A stretch of 62,379 nucleotides of DNA, the filler included, from Globobulimina sp. (Eukaryota), in assembly GCA_003354225.1 (NCBI GenBank). It is 34 parts of 34 records of this genome, joined end to end, with 100 filler letters (N's around TTAATTAATTAA, not from the genome) between each part and the next. Parts side by side here need not be neighbours in the genome. Positions count along the whole stretch, not along the records: positions 36,768 to 38,504 come from PIVH01012529.1; positions 38,605 to 40,341 come from PIVH01012530.1; positions 40,442 to 42,178 come from PIVH01012531.1; positions 42,279 to 44,015 come from PIVH01012532.1; positions 44,116 to 45,852 come from PIVH01012533.1; positions 45,953 to 47,689 come from PIVH01012534.1; positions 47,790 to 49,526 come from PIVH01012535.1; 27 more parts are not named here. One strand, 5' to 3'. Made by a program: the position numbers and the translations under genes. Position 1 is the first letter of the stretch. Every line of letters begins with the position of its first letter. This document shows, piece by piece, positions 37,720 through 49,498 of this stretch. The notes beneath the pieces are model-generated. The model was given only the letters and a program-made list of their open reading frames with translations. It was not told the DNA's origin and searched no databases.

Positions 37720-37920
37720 GAAACGATAAAAGCAGATGTTGACAAATTGGATATGCGTTTATTCTTTGAACATGACATGGATTTGGCCAATATTATCAAA
37801 TATTTATGGAACATCACTTTGAAAATTTGACAGAAATTTGTGAATTAAAACGGTATCAGTTGAGGCAAATGGGAGAATACTAAACGAAGTGCAGAGAATA
37901 TTGATTAATGAAAGATTGAT
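37720..37920 (+). pseudogene. Broken SAM-domain remnant
   Basis: DMRLFFEHDMDL / QYYQIFMEHHFENLTEICELKRYQLRQMG split across frames. Confidence 0.5.
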
Positions 37921-38085
37921 TAACATAAATCCGGGGGGATCCGCGCAGCATTTATGGAGATACAGCTTTATGTTCTCAGTTAGCACCAAACGAAGATGTT
38001 ATACAAAGAGTTATTGGTCATCTGTTTTGGGATCTGTAAATACAGCAAAAGGACACCTCATTGTCTTCCAAAATATCCTAAAACA

Positions 38086-38504
38086 TTACTTTATTGCGAT
38101 GTTATAGACAAACAAAACATATACAACATCATCTCCTTCGCAATACAATGACACCGATGTACGTCGTACTGAATGCCATGCAAAATCCCACCAATTTTCA
38201 ATCCCATTAAATTTCGCAATAACTTTGGGATATTTGTAAAAAAATCCAATTCCTAATGGCTGTCCATGATCTTTCCATATTCCTGTCACTTTACTTTGCA
38301 TTTTATGCCAAAAAAAATTTGGCTCCATAATCCGTTGCCGCATTATTCCAATATTTCTTTGTCTTTTTCCTATAATTCTTTATCCCCAACTGACCCCAAG
38401 AGGAACAAGAATGCGAACTTCATGTTGGGTTTAGAAAGAGTTTCTCAATACCATGAATTATGATTTTCAAACAGAAAGTACGAAGTCAGAATATTTATCT
38501 CGAA
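38086..38504 (-). mobile_element. Tyrosine recombinase (Crypton-like) fragment, degenerate
   Basis: W...QPLGIGFFYKYPKVIAKFNG...AWHSVRRTSVSL (HxxR box). Confidence 0.55.
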
Positions 38505-38630
38505 NNNNNNNNNNNNNNNNNNNNNNNNNNNNNNNNNNNNNNNNNNNNTTAATTAATTAANNNNNNNNNNNNNNNNNNNNNNNNNNNNNNNNNNNNNNNN
38601 NNNNGATTGACAGTTCAAACAGAAGCTTAC

Positions 38631-40061
38631 CTTATTTGGAATCGTCTGTAACCAACGAAAAAAACCGAGGAACTTCGTCATCTATAATGAAGCAAGCAAT
38701 ATTTGAAGCAACCAACGATGAAGCAAGGAATAGGATACTCGCCCCTGTGAAACCAGAATGACTTTACGACCAGGTCCTTGACCTTGTACCCACATCTCCT
38801 TGTACCCCACCCGACAGTTCGTTGCGGTCAGCTCATTTCATTTTCCCTGACCAAAAAACGAATTTCCCTGACTTCTGGCCGAAGGACTTTTCCCAGATTC
38901 CCTGACCACTATGATTTTAGTGATAAACAGGCATTTTCCCTAAAAATTGATGAAAATCGCCATTTGGCATTTTTAGCGATTTTTTCTTGAAAATCCGTAT
39001 TTTCCCAAAATGTCGAACTTCGTGCCTGTGTGAAACCAGAATGACTCTACGACCAGGTCTTTAACCTTTTACCACTTTAGCGCAAAACAGGCATTTCCCC
39101 CCTAAATTTGACTAAAATCGGCATTTTTAGCGATTTTTTTCGAAAATCGGTAATTTTTCCCAAAATGTCCAACAGCAACGAGGACAGTTAATTAGGTCAC
39201 GTACCATTTCGTCAATACAAAGCCTTATTCCAGGGTTAAAAGCTTGTTGACTTGCTTCACAGAATTTTTCGATTATATCAGAAACCCTCCATAGTCTGTC
39301 ATATTTAGGACTTGTGGGGTCTCCGCGATTTCCACATTGTTTCTCTTCGTCTCGATCAGTGAAGCAAGTTGCACGCATGATTTGGTACCAGTGGTAACCA
39401 GACATTTGCTTTACAAAGAAGGAATTGTTGAACAATAAATGGAATTTCCAAGGATCTCTGATTCTGTGTGTCTTTAGTATTCCTCGCGCAAGAAATAATG
39501 CAATCCATCGCAGAGCATGAGCCATCGTAAAGTTTATCCATGGTTCTTTGTGTTTTCGGTGAGCAAATTTTGCTTTCCCATTTCTATTCGTGTGAATGAT
39601 CCAAAGAGGCAAAAACAATCGGATTATCCAGAGAAATATTTCCGAAGGTTGCAAATCAGAAAAGTCCATCCTTGGGCCATGTTCGTAGGTTGGGCGAGTA
39701 CTGACAAAATGAAGGGGCCGACGTTTTGTTGACCAATTGCGATGACAATAATTTCTTTTCGAGTGAGCAGTTAAGGCTTGTTGGTAATAAAATCTCAGCT
39801 CACAAACAGAACAAGCTAAAGGAGGTGGTTTTCCGCTGTGCACTCTGTCCAAGTGCCTTTTCATGCCCGCTTCTGTTTTATAAGTCACAGTCTTAACACA
39901 GCCTGGACATCGAAGGATCGGTTTGCCATCTTTTTTATCCACAAGTTTGATCACATCTTTAAAATCGACTAATGGGGGTAATGGATCGGCTACTACTGGT
40001 ACTGGGTCATTTTTACTAGCTGCTGCTGCTGGACAGGCTTCGACTGGTTCATCATCTTCAT
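38631..40061 (-). mobile_element. piggyBac-family transposase with N-terminal C2H2 fingers; exons 40061-39205 and 38681-38631, partial
   Basis: HTN, ALFLARG, DRLWRV, PGIRLCIDEM|MTKFLGFFRWLQTIPNK; CPGC..H..H and CSVC..H fingers. Confidence 0.85.
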
Positions 40062-40177
40062 CTGAAATGAAACAATTAGATCAAAATTAGATTTAAATTA
40101 TTGTTCTATTATCGATAAAAATTCTACTTTGCAATAATTTATTTATATTACATATATATTTATATACATGCTGGACA

Positions 40178-40303
40178 TCTCCAAGTTGAAACGGACAACA
40201 GACAAAGAGTCTCCAAGTTGAAACTGACAACAGACAAAGAGTCTCCAAGTTGAAACGGACAACAGACAAAGAGTCTCCAAGTTGAAACGGACAACAGACA
40301 AAG
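40178..40303 (+). repeat. 32-bp tandem repeat, 4 copies
   Basis: TCTCCAAGTTGAAACGGACAACAGACAAAGAG head to tail, one substitution. Confidence 0.95.
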
Positions 40304-40442
40304 ACAACAGACAGACTAGACTAGACTACAGTGAGGTCTGGNNNNNNNNNNNNNNNNNNNNNNNNNNNNNNNNNNNNNNNNNNNNTTAATTAATTAANNN
40401 NNNNNNNNNNNNNNNNNNNNNNNNNNNNNNNNNNNNNNNNNT

Positions 40443-41113
40443 ATGACAGAATTAGAACAGTTGCACAAAGATTTTCATATTTTAGATCCATTACCCAACC
40501 CCAATCGACCGAAATGGCAGAGAAACGAATTGCCAAACTCTGCACCACCCGACATGAATTATAACCAACAATGGCGTCGTTCAGGGAGAGCGAGACGACC
40601 ACCGCCGGGTTATAATGATTTTGTTTGGTATTAAAGTAGTTAGTCCCCGAGAGAGACAGTCCCAATTAGACAAATCAATCATAATTGTGGTATCAGAATG
40701 ACAACTTATGCACAACACAGTACTGTTTTGTTTTAGGTAATTAGTTGCAAATAACTACAAAGCAGTGCACAGCTATTGTAGTTTAAAATTGACGTTGGGG
40801 AAGGTAACGCGTGAAATTTAAAATGTATTACATGCTTGTTCTAGAGTTATTGGTCAATGGAGACGTAGAAGTAAATGGAAGTAGACTGATCATCTATGGA
40901 AGTTTATGGAACCTCCAAAATTGCCGCCTATGTGGTAGGATTATTTTTTATTGTTTATAGTAGTAATTTTAGTAGTAAAGAAATTTCGTAGACCGTTTTT
41001 AGTAGGCAGTACTGTGGTCTGTGGGGCGTCAAAAAGGCGCCATGTGTTACAAAATTGACGTTAACCACCCGGGGGGGGTGAAGTTAGTTGGTCGTAGTCG
41101 ACCGACCAACTAA
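40443..41113 (+). mobile_element. Possible 3' end of an LTR retrotransposon pol with polypurine tract and LTR start
   Basis: RRSGRARRPPPGYNDFV tail; G8 tract (41071-41078) followed by TG. Confidence 0.35.
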
Positions 41114-42464
41114 GGAAACATTAGATCGAATGAATGGTTGAAAGGATATTACAAGGTTGATTGGTGTTGTCTCTCGAAGGGATAAACGCATTTGTGATGA
41201 AAAACAAAATAATACATATGGGGTTAAAAAGAGGTGTGAAGGGAAAATATTGAAAATATTGTGCAGTTCTTAGTGGATGGAATGGCCTCGAACCATGTAG
41301 AGAAAATTTTTTTTGAAAAATCAAAAAATTGTGTTGCGTTATTTTATTTTAGAAGTTTTGTTTGAGTTTAATTTTCCTAAGTTATTTTAATTTGAATTCA
41401 GTTCAAGTTCATAAGATAGTTCATTTTGCCGTCCGTAACAAATTCGCCATCAAAAACAGTTCATAGTGAGCGAAAAAGTAGTAGAAACAGCTAAAAGCTA
41501 CAATAACTCAGTCGGTTGAAATTGTGCAAATTCGATCAAATGCAATGACAGTCAATGACATCGACGTCAAAAATTCGGATGGAAGTACTAAGTGAGCTAT
41601 TTTTATGTTTTTGTTATGTTTTTATATTCAGTTTACAATTGAATGAAAATTTTAGCCGAAAATTCTATTTTGCCTTAAGCAAAATATACAGTATGACAAT
41701 GTTCTACTGGGGGCAAATAAATATTCATTCAATTGTGTATTGGGGTTTAGTTATATTTTGGTTTGAGTAGCGCAACAATCGAGAAATGGCGTGTAGAATG
41801 CATTTTCGCGAAAAATTTCTCCAACCCCCACGGGGGGCAAAAAGTTTTTCCCCAAATTGGTAACATCTTGGTAATAATTCCATCCAAAGTTATGGGACCA
41901 TATGGCACATAACAATTACCGTAGGGGGGAAGGGAACTATGCATTGTAAAATGCATAGTACTTCCGGAAATGCATTTCCTACAGAAATACAGTACATTTT
42001 CGCCAAATTACAAAAATTTGATTGTTACAAAATCGTGCGCAAAAAGGTTTAGAGTTGATTTTACGACAGTTTAGTCGTATTATTTAGAAAATACAAAAAC
42101 CCATGGTAACAATCCAATATTGTAGGTAAAGATACAGTACCCTGGTAACACGTAATATGGTAATGGGTACAATTAGGTNNNNNNNNNNNNNNNNNNNNNN
42201 NNNNNNNNNNNNNNNNNNNNNNTTAATTAATTAANNNNNNNNNNNNNNNNNNNNNNNNNNNNNNNNNNNNNNNNNNNNTATTCCGTGTCATATAACTCGT
42301 ATTTATTCCGTGTCAGATTTGTTTATACGCGGATCCGTACGCAAAATAATCCAAACAAACCACACATTCGATTCCTTGTAATGGCAGTGTGTAGATCCAA
42401 TGCAGTGAATACAACGTGAATTTATATGCAGCATATTGCAATAGGTATTTTGTTCATAATTGTT

Positions 42465-42676
42465 CAAATCAAATAAATATATAAACCCAACACACTCAGC
42501 ACACAATAAAAACCCAGGACTGTAATTCAACACAAATCAAATATTATTTAATATATACAAACATAACAAATCAAATCAAATAAATATATAAACCCAACAC
42601 ACATTGCATACAATAGAAAATCAGGATTGAAACATAACATAACAAATCAAATCAAATAAATATATAAACCCAACAC
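42465..42676 (+). repeat. 29-bp direct repeat, 3 copies, within degenerate larger units
   Basis: CAAATCAAATAAATATATAAACCCAACAC at 42465, 42572 and 42648. Confidence 0.85.
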
Positions 42677-43046
42677 ATTATATAAATTATCCCCTTGAGA
42701 AGATATACGAAGTATATTCTCAAGGGTTTATAGAGAAGATCAATCATTTTTAATTATTTAATAAACAATTTAACTTTTACCTTTAGGTAGCCGGATGTCG
42801 AAGTCCAAAGTATGACGGACAAGTATAACCCGGTCATTAGAATCGCTCAAATTACTCTGAAAACCAACTGGACCAAGCGGGCAATTCTGTATTAATTCGT
42901 CGTCAAAATTGTATTTATGATAAGTAAGTAAGTAAGAGTGAATGTAGCAAATTCTTAATTTTTTATGGGAGAAACGCAAAAATAAAAAAACGAAATGAAT
43001 ATTCCATACACAAAAGCAAAAATAAAAAACAACGCCACATTATCTT

Positions 43047-44015
43047 TTAGACACTTGCATTAGTTACAACAATTGACATTGTTTTCTTATTAATATTTTT
43101 AAAATAGTCCTCCTTTTCCGTAAATTGGCTTTGTAGCCGATCGACAGTCAACGCCCGGATCATCCTCCTATCGATGCTGTCACTTTCATGCAATTCAATG
43201 TGACTCGGCGTGCCCAAATCATCCGGCGTCAGAGGGATTGGATGTTGTTTCTTATCTCCTTGCATCTCACTATCAGGCGTCACCGGAGCCAGTTGGTCTG
43301 GCAATTTAATCTCATGCAGTTGTATTTTGCCAGCCTCTTTTTTTTCTTCTTCTTCTTCCTCTTCTTCTCCCTCTTCCTCCTCACATTGTGGCTGTTGCTC
43401 TTGCTCAATAACATCATTTTGTTTTTTATATTGATGTATTAATTTCGCGCATTTCTTCTGATTGCAACTGATCGCATGTTCGAATGCAGATATTCCGCCA
43501 TTATCCCTATGGAGCACGTTCACATTTTGTGCGTGGTCCAATAATATTTTCAACAAATCGTCATAGCCATATTGTGTCACAATGATAACCGCGCTCCTTC
43601 CATCCTTATCGGTTTTATTTAGATCCACCTTCCCGTTTCCATACTTATTTGATTCGTTGATTAATATCCTCAAAATGCCGCCTTCTCTCTCTTTGCAGGC
43701 AATCAACAGCGGCGTATGTCCGTAGCCATCCACGCCATTCAAGTCGCAGCCCAACTCCATACATAAATGCATATCTATTTCAGAGCCATTCTTAGCTGCA
43801 CGGGTCGGACCAGTCAACTTATCATTGCTTATTTTCTCATCATCGCACTCATTCTCTGCATAATTATTCAAATAATGCGTGATGCCGCACGAATTGATGT
43901 CGACGTGCTCCATATCCGCACCAAACTGCTGCAAATCGCGGATGACCTGGAAATTATGCCAGAGTGCGGCGTAGATTATGGCACTGCGGCCACTGCGATC
44001 CACTTCATTCACGTC
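43047..44015 (-). CDS. Ankyrin-repeat protein, 5'-partial
   Basis: DRSGRSAIIYAA, DGYGHTPLLIAC, DKDGRSAVII, DNGGISAFEHA. Confidence 0.88.
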   Translation of the reverse strand, partial: DVNEVDRSGRSAIIYAALWHNFQVIRDLQQFGADMEHVDINSCGITHYLNNYAENECDDEKISNDKLTGPTRAAKNGSEIDMHLCMELGCDLNGVDGYGHTPLLIACKEREGGILRILINESNKYGNGKVDLNKTDKDGRSAVIIVTQYGYDDLLKILLDHAQNVNVLHRDNGGISAFEHAISCNQKKCAKLIHQYKKQNDVIEQEQQPQCEEEEGEEEEEEEEKKEAGKIQLHEIKLPDQLAPVTPDSEMQGDKKQHPIPLTPDDLGTPSHIELHESDSIDRRMIRALTVDRLQSQFTEKEDYFKNINKKTMSIVVTNASV

Positions 44016-44188
44016 NNNNNNNNNNNNNNNNNNNNNNNNNNNNNNNNNNNNNNNNNNNNTTAATTAATTAANNNNNNNNNNNNNNNNNNNNNNNNNNNNN
44101 NNNNNNNNNNNNNNNAAAACCCCTGAGAAAGTGTCCACACTCTTATATTATTTTGAAATTTGTTAAAAACCTCAGCGAGTGAAAAACT

Positions 44189-45712
44189 ATGATAGTTTAT
44201 CTTTACAAACAATCGTCAGAGCATGCGTTGTATTGTTTGTTTGCGAGTAAAAGATATTGTTTTTCCTCCCATAAATGCGTTGAGGATGAAATCCAAGTTC
44301 GCGCTATCAATAAATCCAAACATTTTTCTATTTTACAAAAAGTGACTCAAAAAAATACAGATTGGTATAATAATAACAAGGGGAATTATGCCTCATCAGC
44401 ATACAACCACAATGATAACAATTTTAACTCAATGCAGCAAACAAATCAATTTGATCCAATGTCAATTACATTCACGGAATGTGAAACAGTGGATGAAATA
44501 ATGAATATTCTATGGAATACATGCAATGTTTTAGATGATACAACGTTTCTAAATGCAATTAAACAATGCAATCATTTGGGTGATTTTAAAGGAGCCTTAA
44601 GAATTTTTGATTTAATGAATAAAAATGATATAACACATACTGTACAGATATATAATGCGCTCATACAATGTTTATGTGATTGTGATCGCACAGAATTAGC
44701 ATACAAATATTTAAACAAAATGTGCATAAAAGCAGACATTGAAACGTTTTTGATAATATTATCAAGCTGTAAACATAGAATATCTTCAATGGAAATTGCA
44801 GAGAATGTATGGAAAAAAATGATTTTTGATGATAATATCATACCAAATGTCGACATATGCAATATTATGATATCAATATATGCCAAATGTGCGGAGGTGG
44901 ATAAAGCCGAAAGAATATGGAATCATTTGATAAAAATTAAAAACGTCAACGCAGAAACATGTGCAGAGATAATTTATTGTTATTCCATTCAAAAAGATGG
45001 ACGGAAATTGGTGGAAATACAACAGTTTATGAAGTTGAATGATATGCAAATGAGTGCAGCGCATTATTTCGGAATAATAAAATATTATTTGCATACAAGG
45101 CGCCCTCATAAAGTGTTGTTGATATTTGATGAGATAAATAGATCAATGATTGCAATGAATGAACAGTTATTATATGAATTATGTTTAACTTATCTGCAAT
45201 TAAAGGAAACGGATATGATAATTAAAATATTACCTGCAAAATATCCAAAGTTATTTGATAACAATCAAGAATTACAAGGGTTGTTATTTGAGGCACAACT
45301 AATCAAATTTCAGAGTGATTATTCAGATCATGAATTAATTGCGATTTTTGAGAGTGCGATTGTTGAACAAAAGGTGAGTGGATATTGGACAAAGTATGAT
45401 GATGATTCATGGTGGATTGATTTGCATGGCATTTATAGAAGGAGGAGAATGATGCAGTTTGTATTAAGATATATATTTGAATTTGAGAGGGAATTTATAA
45501 AAAAACAGTTGAATATGAAGCAAGATATTGTGATATTATGTGGTAAGGGCGTTCATAGTGATGTTGTGTTCCACGGTTATTCAAAGACATTGTGTAAACG
45601 GGAATTATTGTCATGGAATCCCTCAATTCGAGCAAACGTGTATGGGAAATGTAATGGTTGTTTGGTTTTAAATAATGATGATGTTGCAAAGTTTTATCAA
45701 CGAAATCGTTAA
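44189..45712 (+). CDS. PPR protein with a C-terminal Smr domain
   Basis: PPR units (IYNALIQCLC, PNVDICNIMISIYAKC); IDLHG and ILCGKGVHS. Confidence 0.85.
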   Translation: MIVYLYKQSSEHALYCLFASKRYCFSSHKCVEDEIQVRAINKSKHFSILQKVTQKNTDWYNNNKGNYASSAYNHNDNNFNSMQQTNQFDPMSITFTECETVDEIMNILWNTCNVLDDTTFLNAIKQCNHLGDFKGALRIFDLMNKNDITHTVQIYNALIQCLCDCDRTELAYKYLNKMCIKADIETFLIILSSCKHRISSMEIAENVWKKMIFDDNIIPNVDICNIMISIYAKCAEVDKAERIWNHLIKIKNVNAETCAEIIYCYSIQKDGRKLVEIQQFMKLNDMQMSAAHYFGIIKYYLHTRRPHKVLLIFDEINRSMIAMNEQLLYELCLTYLQLKETDMIIKILPAKYPKLFDNNQELQGLLFEAQLIKFQSDYSDHELIAIFESAIVEQKVSGYWTKYDDDSWWIDLHGIYRRRRMMQFVLRYIFEFEREFIKKQLNMKQDIVILCGKGVHSDVVFHGYSKTLCKRELLSWNPSIRANVYGKCNGCLVLNNDDVAKFYQRNR

Positions 45713-45952
45713 CTTTTTTTCCATATACAAATATTTTACTTGCAAAGAAGCAAAATCAGAAGTTCATAATGTACAAAAGAAAAATAGTTAGTTAATTGGT
45801 TGCCTCTTCATCTTGCAAATTTCTATAAAAAATACTGCATACAATCCGAAAANNNNNNNNNNNNNNNNNNNNNNNNNNNNNNNNNNNNNNNNNNNNTTAA
45901 TTAATTAANNNNNNNNNNNNNNNNNNNNNNNNNNNNNNNNNNNNNNNNNNNN

Positions 45953-47689
45953 GTGGTGCATGGTTATTTGGTGGGAGTGGTGCTGGAATTGGAGCCATGG
46001 ACGGTTTCAAACTGACGGGAGGTGCCATAGGCTCGACGGGAGGCATTATTACATCTCTTCGATTGGCAGTGTCGTCATTGGTTAATGACGATGTGTTGTC
46101 ATAGGAGGTAGATAATGACAGCGACGGTGAGAGGGGCGATATATGCTGCATTTTTTCGGTAATTTCAGAGTTGTCGTTTTCTTCATCTTTGGCGATGATA
46201 TCTGACGATTTTTTTTTTGTATACAATTAAATGTTAAAATATATTCAGTTTCAAACTGAAATATTTATCAAAAATGTCAGTTTGAAACTGAATTTGCACA
46301 CTGTACACTTACCAAAAGCGACTACTTTTTTGTCCTTCGAGTCCTTCCTCGGCCTCTTGCGTTTTTTCATTTTTTTATGGCTTTTGACTGCATTCTGATC
46401 CATATTTAGTTTCTGCTTAATTTCGTCAATGCGATTAGTCGGAGACTGTTTAGGCGCAGTTAATACCACCGTCGGTTTCGAATCGCCCCCTTCAATTTTT
46501 ATAACTGTGCCAAAAGTGTCCGATGCAGATCGCGCCAATGTGGCCAATGCGGTGTCGCCCACACTCTGCACCGGTGTGTCCGGCGCAGATTTGACGTCTT
46601 GCAATGTCAGCGCATCGATGAGGGAATGTGCGCTTTCATCATCTGAGATGGTCGCTGATGTGTTGGATTTTTGATGTGGTAATGTCGCAGCGGAAAATGG
46701 TAGATTTTCAATCGGGAATAGCAGCGGCGGGGTGCAGGCTGTCATGGATTCGCGTATTTTGGGCAAACAACCGGCCGAAATGGACTGGCTTTTCACGGAG
46801 AAAGATCTGGGAATCGTTAATTCTGAATATCGTTGCTCTGGTTTTACACTTTTTTTCTTGGCTTTTTTTTTATTTTTGCGCTTTTTTTTAGTCGATTTGC
46901 GCTTGAAATGCTTGCTCAGTTTCTGTTTCACGGTAAATCGGAGCACAGGCATTGACATTTCGCGTCGGTGATTGTATGGCAGTGACGGTCGTTTATCTGT
47001 TTTGTATTATTTATATTGACTGATTTTTGTTTATGTTCCAGGAATTTGCACAAAAATCTGCAAAATCGAGATATTGCTGTTCTGGGGAAATTATTCAAAC
47101 TGAGTTTGTGTTCCAGAACTTTTCTTGTACAAAACTAAAAATATGTGTTCTGGAAAAATTCTTTGTTTTTTTTGGATGAAACTAAACGTGGATTGATGAT
47201 GAATCCCCAGGCTCTCTCCCGATCGTCTTTTATTTTGCTGGCGGAAAATAGGGCATCGTCGTGGTCGTCGATATAAATCTGATCGCCGTGGTTAATGCCC
47301 AATTGATCCAATGTTTTTTCATCGCCTTCCAAATTTTCATGCTGCGACGGCATGCGTGCTCGAGCGGCGCTGATTGATTTTTTCCTTCTTTTGGCCACAT
47401 TGCTGGGGATGAGAGATATGCGTATTTTATCTATATTCATTTTGTAGTCGTCACTTAATTTCTTTTTCAATTGTTTGAGAGTCCATTGTCGTGGCACTGG
47501 AGTGGGCCGTACGGGATTAGTATCGACGAGAACTTCATCCTTTTTTTCCTATATATAATTATTTTACGTACGCACACAATCAAAAAAAAAGTAAATAAAT
47601 TTTGTGGAAACGCTTTTTGAGTGATCTCACTCAAAAAAAAAAACATGCTCAGTGAAAAATGCATGGCAAACCTCTCGATGTTGGTGCGT
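45953..47689 (-). CDS. Multi-exon protein with a ubiquitin-like domain and low-complexity tail, partial
   Basis: WTLKQLKKKL...DEKTLDQLGINHGDQIYI; introns ~47188-46998 and 46312-46202 join the ORFs in frame. Confidence 0.6.
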
Positions 47690-48649
47690 NNNNNNNNNNN
47701 NNNNNNNNNNNNNNNNNNNNNNNNNNNNNNNNNTTAATTAATTAANNNNNNNNNNNNNNNNNNNNNNNNNNNNNNNNNNNNNNNNNNNNCACACTTTTCA
47801 ACAAAAAAAAGGGTAGATGGTACCGAAAATTGTAATACATTATATAACTGACTGGCTTTGGGGCCCATTGTTAAAATGTTTTTAACAATTTTGATCTTTA
47901 CTTAAAAACTTCTTCCACTTTCTAACCTCTTCTTAATTAACTAAAAACCACAGAGAACATTGCAATTGGAGGGTGTGACCTATCAAACTAGCGAAAGACA
48001 AAGACAATTTCATTTCAATTAGAATTTGCAATTCTTATTTCAATTACATTAACTCTTTAAAAAGGAGCGAGATTTAAATAAAGAATAAATAACAAACAGG
48101 TAAACAGCTGTAATACGTTTACATCCTCTCATTTATTAAAGTCGACAATGTTGCAATTACAGGTGTCTCGAATTTGCGAGGACATAATGTTGCAGTATTT
48201 GATGAAATCACTGGAGAACCACTCGAAATACTAAATTTTGGCAAACTATTTAAACAGTATCCCAAGCAATCGAATTGTGGATAACCATAACAGTATAACC
48301 GCCATCGAACAGAAACACTGTATACCGTCGACAGTCTTCCAACCCCTTTGTGATTACTGAAACATGCTGTTGGTTAAGTTGTGGTTGGCACACTTGAACA
48401 CTCTGTTAATCTTTGAAACGAATTAAACGAAACTAAGCCAAAAAAGTTAAACGATGGGATGGTTATCTATCTGAATAAATCTTTTAATCCTCTCTCGGAA
48501 CTCTTCGTTAAGTTAGAAATTGCTCACTATCAATTGTTCGCACTACTACTGTTATTATATGATATTTAGATAATTATCAAACTAAAACACAACATTCAAA
48601 CAATAAAAACGTGCTAACACGTTTAACGTCTAACTATATATTACAATTG

Positions 48650-49498
48650 CTATCTTCCCACTGTTTCCGCATTATAATTAATTTCCATTACAACATCATC
48701 GTCATCCAATTCATCCTCATTCCCATCCATTAATTGTGTTGGCGGTAAAGGAGGTGGTGGTACATACGCATCCTCGTCATACTCCATTAAGCCACTACTG
48801 GGCCCACCGAGCGTCGTAAAACCACCAACCACATCCTCATCACTCTCACAATCACCATCACCATCACCCCCTTCATTATAATCCATCGGTGGTTGTGGTG
48901 GCGGCGGAATATATGCATCCTCATCCTCACAATCATAAGTATTATTTACTAGTATATCGATGTCCATTCCTCCTAAAGTTTGCGGACCAGGAAGCAAATC
49001 ATCATCATCCATCTCATGCATATCATCCGTATTTGGTCCGCCTTTGGTTACATAGTCAACTTCATTGTCATCATCATTTTCAATGCCGTTCATAATCTCC
49101 ATCTCATCCACAACATCCTCCATTAATAAATCATTTGCAATCTGTAAGCTTTCTAAATTTGTATTAAACTCAGTTCCATATACATTCCCTTCATATTCCG
49201 TGCTTGGCGAAGATATAATTTTCGTTGTTGCAGCACCCGTCATTTCTAAATTTGACTGCGAGGCCACTGATTGTAACCGATTGTCATGCATTCCACTCAT
49301 AGCTGATGCCATATTGTCCACAGCTTTTTCATTCATGCTTTTTTTGCGTTTTCTGTTTCTAATCACTAAAATGCCAATTAACAGTAAACAAATACTGCAA
49401 ATACCACCGCCCATTATCGCGTAAAGCAACATATTGTCCGTTCCCATAAAACCGGTTAAGTCACTTTTTGCAGCATCTTCACCCTGATCATCATTATC
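48650..49498 (-). CDS. Single-pass membrane protein C-terminus with an acidic repetitive tail, 5'-partial
   Basis: TM followed by RNRKRKK; repeated TxGG and EDAY(I/V)PPPP. Confidence 0.7.
   Translation of the reverse strand, partial: DNDDQGEDAAKSDLTGFMGTDNMLLYAIMGGGICSICLLLIGILVIRNRKRKKSMNEKAVDNMASAMSGMHDNRLQSVASQSNLEMTGAATTKIISSPSTEYEGNVYGTEFNTNLESLQIANDLLMEDVVDEMEIMNGIENDDDNEVDYVTKGGPNTDDMHEMDDDDLLPGPQTLGGMDIDILVNNTYDCEDEDAYIPPPPQPPMDYNEGGDGDGDCESDEDVVGGFTTLGGPSSGLMEYDEDAYVPPPPLPPTQLMDGNEDELDDDDVVMEINYNAETVGR

Noticed and set aside
40178-40303. CRISPR-like 32-bp repeats
   Set aside because: Pure tandem repeat without spacers.
42465-42676. 29-bp repeats with gaps resembling a CRISPR array
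   Set aside because: The gaps are unequal (78 and 47 bp) and similar to each other.
47790-48500. Protein-like stretches on the minus strand
   Set aside because: Multiple stops and shifts; no family recognised.
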